NCBI GenBank assembly: GCA_045598305.1
Contig: JAZLLW010000031.1
Coordinates: 939-64,938, forward strand
Origin: Acutalibacteraceae bacterium
Lineage (GTDB): Bacteria; Bacillota; Clostridia; Oscillospirales; Acutalibacteraceae
Reading direction: 5' to 3'
Length of the DNA stretch: 64,000 nt
Shown: positions 36,412 to 44,878 of the stretch, piece after piece
How the letters are laid out: every line of letters begins with the position of its first letter
How positions within the stretch are numbered: position 1 is the first letter of the stretch
Translations under genes and position numbers: made by a program
Notes under the pieces: generated by a model
Told to the model about the DNA's origin: nothing
Seen by the model: the letters and a program-made list of their open reading frames with translations, nothing else
Database searches by the model: none

Positions 36412-36458
36412 CCAACAGCAAAATTTGTCAAGAATTTTTTCCGGAAGGAAGTTTGAAT

Positions 36459-39400
36459 ATGCTTCAGTTAAAAGACATCGTTAAAGAATATCCCACCGGG
36501 GATACTACCGTAACGGCTCTTAAGGGTGTCAGCGTCAGCTTTCGAAGCTGCGAATTTGTTTCCATCCTCGGTCACTCCGGATGCGGCAAGACTACGCTCC
36601 TGAATATCATCGGCGGTCTTGATCAGTATACGTCCGGCGACCTTATCATTGAGGGTGTTTCCACAAAGGATTACAAGGACCGTGACTGGGATAATTACCG
36701 TAATCACAAGGTCGGTTTCGTATTCCAGAGCTACAACCTCATTCCTCATCAGACCGTACTTGCAAATGTTGAGCTTGCCCTTACTCTTTCGGGTGTTTCA
36801 AAGGCAGAGCGTAAGCAGAGAGCAAAGGATGCTCTTGAGAAGGTGGGTCTGAGCGACCAGCTCAACAAGAAGCCCAACCAGCTTTCCGGCGGTCAGATGC
36901 AGAGAGTTGCCATCGCAAGAGCTCTTGTAAACAACCCCGAAATCCTCCTTGCCGACGAGCCCACCGGCGCTCTTGACTCCGAAACGAGCGTTCAGGTAAT
37001 GGACATCCTCAGAGAAATCAGCAAGACCAAGCTTGTCGTAATGGTAACCCACAACCCCGAGCTTGCCGAGGAATATTCCACCAGAATCATCCGCCTCATT
37101 GACGGTAAGATTACCGATGATTCCAATCCCTTTGACGGTGCAGAAGAAGAGAATAAACCCGAAACGGCAGAAGAGAACACGGAAGCCGTGACGGAGAAAA
37201 AGACGGAAAAGAAGGAAAGCTCCAAGAAGCCCTCAATGTCTTTCTTCACGGCTCTTTCCCTTTCCACCAACAACCTGCTTACAAAGAAAATGCGTACCTT
37301 CCTTACCTCCTTTGCAGGCAGTATCGGTATCATAGGCATCGCTCTTATTCTTTCGCTTTCGTCGGGCTTCCAGGCATATATTGATTCAATTCAGCAGGAA
37401 ACCCTTACATCTTATCCCATTACCATTGACAAGACCACGACCGACTCCTCCTCCGCAATGACCGCCATGGCGGGAATGACTCCCGGCGGCACGGGCGAAG
37501 CCGAGCATGAGCTGGACAAGGTTTATTCAAATACCATGCTCTCGCAGCTTGCAAATTCATTCTCGGCTGCAATCTGGAGCAACGACCTTTCCTCATTCAA
37601 GAAATTCATTGAAAGCGGAGAGAGCAATATCAAGGATTATGCAAGCTCAATCCAGTATAAATACAGCTGCGATATGAATATCTATGCACCTGTCACCGAG
37701 GAAAAGGGTATTACTCAGGTTTATCCCAGCCCCATCCTTGAGCTGATGAGCGCTTATATGGGCAATATGAATCTCGGCTCAATGGGTATTGATACCTCCA
37801 CCATGGAGTCCTATGCCGAAATGTACAATTCATGGATAGAGCTTGTTGACAACGAAGAGCTCGTCAAGAAGCAGTATGACCTCATTGCAGGCAAATGGAA
37901 CGATTTCGGCAACCCCAATCAGGCAGTTCTTATCATTGATAAGCATAACGAAATCAGCTCCCTTGCGGTCCTCGGCCTCGGCCTTGCAAACGCCGATGAT
38001 ATGATGGAGGCAATGACAAGTCTTATGCAGGGCGGAAAGGTCAGCGAGGAATCCTTCGTGCTTGAATATGACGAAATCGTCGGCAAGAAGTTCAAGCTTA
38101 TCACCGAGCCCGAATATTACGATTACGACGAAGAAACCAAGCAGTGGGTTGACAAGCATGAGGACGAGAAATTCGTTAAAAAGCTTATCAACAAAGCCGA
38201 AGATATTGAAATCGTAGGCATCATCCGTCCCGCGGACGATTCCGTTATGGTCAACACGATGGGCGGTATCGGTTACACCGAGGCACTCATTGAGCACGTT
38301 GTAAATAAGACGAACGAAGCGGAAATCGTAAAACAGCAGAAGGCAAATCCCGACGTTGACGTATTCACCGGCCTTCCCTTCCCCGTTGAGGAAGAGGATG
38401 CAAAGAAGGATAAGGACGGCAAGAAGGAAGAAACGACCGCAAAGACGGAGGCAACCGAGGTATGGGAAACTCCCACGGTATCTGCCCTTGATTTTGACGG
38501 TAAAGCTCCCGAAGCAAGCTTTACGGCTGTACCCTCAATGCCCGACCTCAACTCCATTCCTCCCATTTCGGAATCTGAGATCTATGCAAAGATTGATGCC
38601 ACAATGAGCGGAAACGAAGCGGCTCAGGCAAAGCGCCTTGTTGAGCTTATGCTCAAGGACGGTCTTTCATCATCCGAAAAGTCCGAGCTTACCTCAATGC
38701 TGGGCAATATGATGTCACAGAGCGGCATCCCCATTTCCGGCTCCCTTGCGTACAGCTACCTGAGCAAATACAGCAGAGACGACAAGCTGAAGCTCATCAG
38801 CTACTTTATGATACAGGGCGAAGCAAACGTACCCTCGGAAGAGCCCGAGGAGCCCGTTGAAGAGGAACCCGAAGAGGAAGAACCCCAGCCCCTTGCGAAG
38901 AGCTATGACGAGGCAATGGATATCCTGGGTGTAGGCAGTCTTGACCAACCCAGACAGATTAACATTTATCCCCTTGATTTTGAGTCAAAAGATATGATTT
39001 CGAGCATCATTGACGAATATAACGCAAGCGACAAGAACGACAAGAATGATATCAAGTATACGGATTACATCGCCATTCTCCTTAAATCTGTTACAAAGAT
39101 TGTCAACATCATTTCTTACGTTCTGATAGCGTTCGTTGCGATTTCGCTGGTCGTATCCTCAATTATGATCGGTATCATCACCTATATCTCCGTTCTTGAA
39201 AGAACGAAGGAAATCGGTATTCTCCGTGCAATCGGTGCTTCCAAGAGAGATATTTCCAGAGTGTTCAACGCGGAAACGATTATCGTCGGATTTGTTTCGG
39301 GCGCAATCGGTATCGGCGTAACGATGCTGCTGAATATCCCCATCAATATGATTATCAAGCATCTTACGTCAATTCCTCACGTTGCGCAGCTTCCCACGGA

Positions 39401-39512
39401 GGGTGCAATCGCACTGGTAGTCATCAGCATGGTGCTGACGTTTATTGCGGGACTTATTCCTTCGGGAATTGCATCACGCAAGGATCCGGTAGTAGCACTC
39501 CGCACCGAATAA
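36459..39512 (+). CDS. Fused ABC transporter ATP-binding protein / FtsX-type permease (MacB-like) with a very large extracytoplasmic domain
   Basis: Start MLQLKDIVKEY at 36459. It has Walker A GHSGCGKTT, the signature LSGGQMQR and Walker B LLADEPT. TM1 sits near aa 300, about 600 aa of non-membrane sequence follows, and a C-terminal FtsX domain has 3 TM segments. Confidence 0.85.
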   Translation: MLQLKDIVKEYPTGDTTVTALKGVSVSFRSCEFVSILGHSGCGKTTLLNIIGGLDQYTSGDLIIEGVSTKDYKDRDWDNYRNHKVGFVFQSYNLIPHQTVLANVELALTLSGVSKAERKQRAKDALEKVGLSDQLNKKPNQLSGGQMQRVAIARALVNNPEILLADEPTGALDSETSVQVMDILREISKTKLVVMVTHNPELAEEYSTRIIRLIDGKITDDSNPFDGAEEENKPETAEENTEAVTEKKTEKKESSKKPSMSFFTALSLSTNNLLTKKMRTFLTSFAGSIGIIGIALILSLSSGFQAYIDSIQQETLTSYPITIDKTTTDSSSAMTAMAGMTPGGTGEAEHELDKVYSNTMLSQLANSFSAAIWSNDLSSFKKFIESGESNIKDYASSIQYKYSCDMNIYAPVTEEKGITQVYPSPILELMSAYMGNMNLGSMGIDTSTMESYAEMYNSWIELVDNEELVKKQYDLIAGKWNDFGNPNQAVLIIDKHNEISSLAVLGLGLANADDMMEAMTSLMQGGKVSEESFVLEYDEIVGKKFKLITEPEYYDYDEETKQWVDKHEDEKFVKKLINKAEDIEIVGIIRPADDSVMVNTMGGIGYTEALIEHVVNKTNEAEIVKQQKANPDVDVFTGLPFPVEEEDAKKDKDGKKEETTAKTEATEVWETPTVSALDFDGKAPEASFTAVPSMPDLNSIPPISESEIYAKIDATMSGNEAAQAKRLVELMLKDGLSSSEKSELTSMLGNMMSQSGIPISGSLAYSYLSKYSRDDKLKLISYFMIQGEANVPSEEPEEPVEEEPEEEEPQPLAKSYDEAMDILGVGSLDQPRQINIYPLDFESKDMISSIIDEYNASDKNDKNDIKYTDYIAILLKSVTKIVNIISYVLIAFVAISLVVSSIMIGIITYISVLERTKEIGILRAIGASKRDISRVFNAETIIVGFVSGAIGIGVTMLLNIPINMIIKHLTSIPHVAQLPTEGAIALVVISMVLTFIAGLIPSGIASRKDPVVALRTE

Positions 39513-39519
39513 AAATCTC

Positions 39520-40170
39520 CTGTTTCGCTTGAATCTATCGGCGAAGAACGGCAAAACAAATAACAAAGCGGGCTTGCCTTAAAGGTGAGCCCGTTGATTT
39601 TTATAAAATAAGGTAAATGATTATAAGTTTTGCCTCATCGTTTTTGCGCCCTCCCCGTACCTCGGTACTGTGTTCGGTCGCAAAGACGATTTCTTCATCC
39701 GATATCTTCTGCGCGTACCGCTTGAATAACTTTTGATTTACGCTTGATTATTTTGGTGAAGAACAAACCAAACAAGAAATAGTTGTTTTTATGCAGGCAC
39801 TTATCTGACGGTAAGTGTCTGCATTTATTATGGAAATTATAGTGTTTGGTTTTAAGCCGTTTTACTCATTCCCCGTACAATATGGGGTCCCCGACAAGTG
39901 ATAACTTGTTGGGGAGAGGACGAGCAGCGGAGTGAATGAGAGTTCGCTTTTACGCGGGCGCGAATGATACGGAGCTTGTGAGGACGAGTGTTCATTCGTA
40001 AAACGACTTTCTTCACTCAAACTAATCTTCGCTTTGCTACTGCTTGATTATTTTGAGGAAGAACATACCAAACTAAATAATGTAAATTTTGAGGCAGGTA
40101 TTTATCTGACGGTAGATGTCTGCCTTTTTCAGAAATTAAAATGTTTTGGCTTAAGCGATTTTTACCTACG
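39520..40170. repeat. Array A of a composite structured intergenic repeat (modules Y''-X'-Y-invX-X-Y')
   Basis: The 138-bp module 39741-39878 is about 92% identical to 50343-50480. The 51-bp module 39988-40038 is identical to 50490-50540. No convincing ORF is present. Confidence 0.8.
39569..39603 (+). terminator. Probable terminator of the ABC gene (embedded in the first repeat module)
   Basis: Stem CGGGCT (39569-74) pairs with AGCCCG (39588-93) and is followed by TTGATTTTTAT. Confidence 0.5.
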
Positions 40171-40349
40171 CCGTGAAGACGTTTGTCAATCGGGAGGCGT
40201 CTGTTTTCGGAACATGTTTACATTCAGACATATCGCATCGGCTGTCTCTTGACAAATCGGGCACGGATATAGTAATTTGAATACATAAACACTTATCCCT
40301 TGCGGCGGGATAACTTAAATTGTCCGTATGATAAAGAAAGGAAGATATT

Positions 40350-41465
40350 ATGAAAAAGACAAATAAGATTTTGTCGGTCATACTGTGCCTTGCCGTTGCT
40401 CTGATTCCGCTTACGGCATGGGCAAATGAATCAAGTCCCAAGGATAATCTCAAGGTGACCGTAACGACCGATAAAGGAAGCTACCGTCTTTTTGATAAGG
40501 CGGTCATTACCGTAACGGTGGAAAACGTCGGCGAAGCGGCTGTATCAAACGTCAGCGCGGGCGTATCCGGCGGCAATTATCTCCCTCTCAGAGGAAGCAC
40601 CACCTATTGCAAAGCACCTGTGCTTATGCCCGGCAAATCCTGTTCCGTTTCGTTTACTGCAATTCTTTCCCCCGATACTCAGGGACTTAATTTCATTCAG
40701 AGTCTGCTTCTGAAATTCAGAGGGCTTTTCGTTAAAACGGATAAAATTCCTTTGACGGGAATCAGCCCCGAATATGCTCAGTACACCAACACACAGGTCA
40801 CCCACGCGGGTGTGACCGCATCGGTTTCCGCCTATGCGGTATGCGGCGAGGCCCTTACCGTTGCCGAGGGAGAAACCGCCGAAGACCTCCTTGCCATGTA
40901 TAATTCCGCCGTTAAGAATACCAACGAAAAGGGTGAAATCAGCGGAGCAAATTATTTTGAGTTAAGCAAAATGGAGGCCGAAGGAAGCGTCGGCTTATTG
41001 ATGAATGAAATGATTCCGATTGCCCAAAATGCCTTGCGCAGACAAAAGTATGAAGTGAATTCGATACCGGGAGAAGGCGAGCTGACAATGGACGATATTG
41101 AAGGTATCGCCTATTTGCAAAACGCCGGAAAAACCTCGCTGCTCATCTTTGTCAAGGGACAGACGGACGGCTTGGACGGAGACCCCGAAAACAGCGGACC
41201 GGTTTCAAAAGCAATAGGCAGTATCGGCTCGCTTGATGCTGCTTTTGAAGAGCTGGGTGCGGAAATAGAATCCGGGAAAGAGAGCGTTACCTTTGAATAT
41301 TCTGACTCATATATAGCATGTGAAATAGATGAAGACGGAATTATTACAGGCGGTACGTGGAGTTATACCGTAAATATGAACCTTGATGATTTTAAGATCC
41401 TTTTTGGTGGCATTAATCTGAGCATGAGTGTAAAAATAACATTTTCAAGCGTAATCGAGTTTTAA
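40350..41465 (+). CDS. Secreted hypothetical protein (signal peptide, CARDB/DUF11-like beta-sandwich, then a shared C-terminal domain)
   Basis: 371 aa with signal peptide ...LTAWA-NE. The C-terminal part, about 200 aa, is paralogous to 41670..42530. Confidence 0.6.
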   Translation: MKKTNKILSVILCLAVALIPLTAWANESSPKDNLKVTVTTDKGSYRLFDKAVITVTVENVGEAAVSNVSAGVSGGNYLPLRGSTTYCKAPVLMPGKSCSVSFTAILSPDTQGLNFIQSLLLKFRGLFVKTDKIPLTGISPEYAQYTNTQVTHAGVTASVSAYAVCGEALTVAEGETAEDLLAMYNSAVKNTNEKGEISGANYFELSKMEAEGSVGLLMNEMIPIAQNALRRQKYEVNSIPGEGELTMDDIEGIAYLQNAGKTSLLIFVKGQTDGLDGDPENSGPVSKAIGSIGSLDAAFEELGAEIESGKESVTFEYSDSYIACEIDEDGIITGGTWSYTVNMNLDDFKILFGGINLSMSVKITFSSVIEF

Positions 41466-41492
41466 TTTTCAAATCAATCAATACATAATAAA

Positions 41493-41530
41493 GGCAGGCA
41501 CTTATTTAACCGTAAGTGCCTGCCTTTTCG
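41493..41530 (+). terminator. Rho-independent terminator (member of the GCAGGCACTTA hairpin family)
   Basis: GGCAGGCACTTA (41493-504) pairs with TAAGTGCCTGCC (41513-24) and is followed by TTTTCG. Confidence 0.75.
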
Positions 41531-41578
41531 TGGCGGTGTATGCGATTGGCTTGATTTTAAGGGAGCAGTAAATACAAT

Positions 41579-41618
41579 CCGGAGCGAAGCGACCCGGAAT
41601 ATTCACTCTTCACTGAAT
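41579..41618 (+). repeat. Copy 3 of the dispersed short repeat CCGGAGCGAAGCGACC-N-TATTCACT
   Basis: CCGGAGCGAAGCGACCCGGAATATTCACTCTTCACTGAAT. Confidence 0.7.
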
Positions 41619-41622
41619 ACGC

Positions 41623-41649
41623 AAAAAGACCTCAGCCGAAGCTGAGGTC
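41623..41649 (-). terminator. Rho-independent terminator of the 41670..42530 gene
   Basis: Stem GACCTCAGC pairs with GCTGAGGTC around loop CGAA. The reverse strand follows with TTTTTGCG. Confidence 0.7.
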
Positions 41650-41669
41650 CGTTTTGTTATTGGTTTATA

Positions 41670-42530
41670 TTAGCCAACCTGAACTGTGTAGTCGATGGGA
41701 GCTTTGAGATTCTTAAGAGTAAGGGAGATGCCGAGCTTTGCCTTAGCATCCTTAACAAGAACGTTTACTGTGAAGTGGTATGTTGCCTTCTTGATAAGCT
41801 TTGTTTCGGGATTGATTACGCAGTTCTTAATATATGCGTTGTTGTATGTAAGAGTAACAGTATTTCTGCCTTCAGTGATTTCTGCGCCGAGTTCCTTAAG
41901 AGCGTTCTCGATACTGCCGAGTGTGCTTACACCACGAGCAACTGCGCCGCCGTTCTTGGAGTCGCCGTCGGGACCGTCTATCTGGTTCTTGAGGTTGATG
42001 TTGATAACGATGTTGCCGTTAGCGTCCTTTGAAGCTGTTGCACTTGTAACGTCGGATTCAAGGACGGGCTGGCTGTCATGAGCGGGGATATAGTCAGTTG
42101 ACTTGGAGTTCTTGGAAAGAGCTTTCTCAGCTGCGGGCTGAAGAACCTTAAGGATAATGCCGATAGCGCCGTCACCGCCGATGTCGCCGGCAAGCTTCAT
42201 TGTCTGGAAGCCGGCAGGAGCTTTACCCTGGTCAGCTGTGGTCTTACGAGCTTCGTTGTAATAAGCAACGATCTTAGCAACGTCCCATGTTGAAGGATCT
42301 TCGTCGTCAGCAGCTTCTGTTTCTTTTTCGGAAACATCTTCGCCGTTTTCGTCGGTTACTTCAGCTTCGGTAGCGTCTACTTTTGAAGCTTCTTCGGTGG
42401 TGTCTGTTACTTCTTCGGAAACGGAAGTATCAGCTTCTGTTGTTGTGGCTTCGGGTTCGTCCTTGCCGCATGCTGCGAATACTACGCAGACCATTGCGAG
42501 TACAAGTAAAACTGCAAGAATCTTTTTCAT
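41670..42530 (-). CDS. Hypothetical lipoprotein with an acidic Thr/Glu-rich linker and a shared C-terminal domain
   Basis: 286 aa with lipobox VFAAC-GKDE. The C-terminal domain aligns with that of 40350..41465 (for example LGSIENALKELGAEITEGRNTVTLTYNNAYI against IGSLDAAFEELGAEIESGKESVTFEYSDSYI). Confidence 0.65.
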   Translation of the reverse strand: MKKILAVLLVLAMVCVVFAACGKDEPEATTTEADTSVSEEVTDTTEEASKVDATEAEVTDENGEDVSEKETEAADDEDPSTWDVAKIVAYYNEARKTTADQGKAPAGFQTMKLAGDIGGDGAIGIILKVLQPAAEKALSKNSKSTDYIPAHDSQPVLESDVTSATASKDANGNIVININLKNQIDGPDGDSKNGGAVARGVSTLGSIENALKELGAEITEGRNTVTLTYNNAYIKNCVINPETKLIKKATYHFTVNVLVKDAKAKLGISLTLKNLKAPIDYTVQVG

Positions 42531-42792
42531 GTTTTTTCCTCCGGATTAAATAATTTGATTTCCGGCAGAACTCCGAATTAATCCGGAAGAAATGCCGTAT
42601 ACAACAATAAAATACACTATGCCTTTTTCTTTGTCAAGACAGCTAAATATTTTGATTACATTTCAACAAAAAACGGGGCATAAATTTGTGAATTAAAATA
42701 GCATTATGAGTTCACAATTTATTTATAAATAAAAGGGTGACAAATGAATCATATTGTGCTATAATCAAACATTATTATGGGAGAGTATGTTT

Positions 42793-43551
42793 ATGAAAAA
42801 ACTTGTTTCCTGGAATGTAAACGGAATACGCGCCTGTTTGGGCAAGGATTTTTATTACAGCTTCGCAAGTCTTAATGCGGATATCTTCTGCCTTCAGGAG
42901 ACGAAGATGCAGCAGGGTCAGGCAGAGCTTGATTTACCCGGATATCATCAGTACTGGAATTATGCGGAAAAGAAGGGCTATTCGGGTACGGCGATTTTTA
43001 CAAAGGAAGAACCCCTTGCGGTCACTTACGGTATCGGCATAGAGGAGCATGACCACGAAGGAAGGGTAATCACCCTTGAATTTGACGGTTACTATTTCGT
43101 GACGGTATACGTACCCAATTCGCAGGACGGTCTTAAAAGACTGGATTACCGTATGAAATGGGAGGATGATTTCAGAGCGTACATAAAATCCCTTGACGAA
43201 AAGAAGCCCGTTATCTACTGCGGCGACCTGAACGTTGCCCATAACGAGATAGATATCAAAAATCCCGCCGCGAACAGACACAACGCCGGCTTTACCGATG
43301 AGGAAAGAGGCAAGATGACCGAGATGCTCCGGAGCGGATTTACCGATACCTTCAGATATCTTTATCCCGATGAAAGTGATGCTTACTCTTGGTGGTCCTA
43401 CCGCTTCTCCGCAAGAGAGAGAAACGCGGGCTGGAGAATAGATTATTTCATCGTATCCGAACGGCTTAATGACAGGATAAAGGATGCAAAAATACATACG
43501 GGAATTTTCGGCTCGGACCACTGTCCCGTTGAGCTTGATATAGAATTGTGA
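42793..43551 (+). CDS. xth: Exodeoxyribonuclease III
   Basis: Start MKKLVSWNVNGIRA. It has the motifs CLQETK, GDLNVAH and SDHCPV. Confidence 0.9.
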   Translation: MKKLVSWNVNGIRACLGKDFYYSFASLNADIFCLQETKMQQGQAELDLPGYHQYWNYAEKKGYSGTAIFTKEEPLAVTYGIGIEEHDHEGRVITLEFDGYYFVTVYVPNSQDGLKRLDYRMKWEDDFRAYIKSLDEKKPVIYCGDLNVAHNEIDIKNPAANRHNAGFTDEERGKMTEMLRSGFTDTFRYLYPDESDAYSWWSYRFSARERNAGWRIDYFIVSERLNDRIKDAKIHTGIFGSDHCPVELDIEL

Positions 43552-43561
43552 GGAAGACGCA

Positions 43562-44854
43562 ATGAAAAAGACCTTACCGATTATAATGGCAGCTGTTATG
43601 GTTGCCTCCGTGCTTGTATTCTTCGTGGTGAAATCCAAAAAGACAAATGAGGAATATGAGATTTCCGCGCCTACCGGCGAAAAGGTGGAATTCGTGCTTG
43701 AAAACAGCGAATACACAAGGAAGCTGACTACCGCAGGTGAAAACGGTGAAATCTTTTTGCCTACGGATAAAGAAGGGCTTTACTACACGGCAACCCTTGA
43801 AAACGAAATAAAATTCTGGAATTACGCTTCGGGTAAATTCACCCCCGCTTCCTACGAAACGAAAAAGGCATCCGTCAGCGTGAATTCCTCCGGTGTGAGC
43901 GTACCTGTTACGCTTACCTATATTGATGCGGACAGTCTTACCGTTGGTTACGGCGTATTTACGTCGGCTATGAATCCTTCCATTGACGTTTACTCGTACG
44001 CCTTCTGCAAGATAGCAAAGAATCCCGCCGGCTACGGTGACGGCTATATGCTTCTCTGCGATTTCAATAAGGAAAACTTCTGGAGGGCGGATAAGATTTT
44101 CAGCGAAATATATACGAATTTCGTTCCCGGCAGTACCTCCTCCGTTTCCTGCGGACTCAATCAGAATACCCGTCTTGTTGATAAAAACGGCGGTTTAAAG
44201 CAGAGCTGGTCAATGATGACGGATGAATTTATGGCAAATGAAGGCGGCGAAAAGCTGTTCCTTTCATCAAGATATTACACAGCCGAAGAGTACGGTGAGA
44301 GAGCCGACGTTATGGTTTACTCCTCCGCTTACCGTCCTTCAATCGTTGCAAAGGACATAATTGATTGCTGGTTTGTCAGCGATGATGAAGGTTTTCACTA
44401 TATGATAAAAGACGGTGAAAACTTCAAGAGCGTCACCGTAAAGGACGGTGCGGTCTACGATGCAGTCAAATTTGACAGCCCGTGGTCATCGTATCTCAGA
44501 AGCGGAAATTACGTTGTCAATAAGGATACAAACGTGATGACGAATCTGCTTACGGGTGACGAGGTCACGCTCAAGGATATAAATATCAGATCCGCAAGCG
44601 AGTTTTCCGTAAACGGCGACGGTACGAATATGGTATTCGCATCCGCTGTGGAGGATATCGGCAACGGTACTCCCTCTCAGGCAATCACCTACTATTCAGC
44701 CGCATCGGGCAAGGGCGAAAGCTTCGTTGAGCCCCTTATCCGCAGCGAAGAGAGCGACTTCGTGTGGGTTGACGGCAACAGAGTGATGAGCGTAAGAGCA
44801 CTTACGAATGAAGGCACGCCCTGCGGCAGTGTTATCTATACTTTCGGAAACTGA
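43562..44854 (+). CDS. Membrane-anchored hypothetical protein
   Basis: 430 aa with a single N-terminal TM segment. I recognise no motifs. Confidence 0.5.
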   Translation: MKKTLPIIMAAVMVASVLVFFVVKSKKTNEEYEISAPTGEKVEFVLENSEYTRKLTTAGENGEIFLPTDKEGLYYTATLENEIKFWNYASGKFTPASYETKKASVSVNSSGVSVPVTLTYIDADSLTVGYGVFTSAMNPSIDVYSYAFCKIAKNPAGYGDGYMLLCDFNKENFWRADKIFSEIYTNFVPGSTSSVSCGLNQNTRLVDKNGGLKQSWSMMTDEFMANEGGEKLFLSSRYYTAEEYGERADVMVYSSAYRPSIVAKDIIDCWFVSDDEGFHYMIKDGENFKSVTVKDGAVYDAVKFDSPWSSYLRSGNYVVNKDTNVMTNLLTGDEVTLKDINIRSASEFSVNGDGTNMVFASAVEDIGNGTPSQAITYYSAASGKGESFVEPLIRSEESDFVWVDGNRVMSVRALTNEGTPCGSVIYTFGN

Positions 44855-44878
44855 CTATAAACAAGGAGAAACACACAA

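Noticed and set aside
36378-36458. 27-aa N-terminal extension of the ABC transporter ORF (MRYICNCYKCNTNSKIC...)
   Set aside because: It is the translation of the palindromic operator DNA. The ATG at 36459 gives the standard MLxLKDIxKxY ABC start.
39513-40349. Possible CRISPR array in the repeat-rich ORF-free region
   Set aside because: The repeat units are 50-140 bp, irregular, occur in both orientations and are internally structured. There is no 25-40-bp direct-repeat and spacer periodicity, and no cas genes are present in the window.
42934-43716. 260-aa minus-strand ORF
   Set aside because: It is antisense to exodeoxyribonuclease III, which carries clear catalytic motifs.
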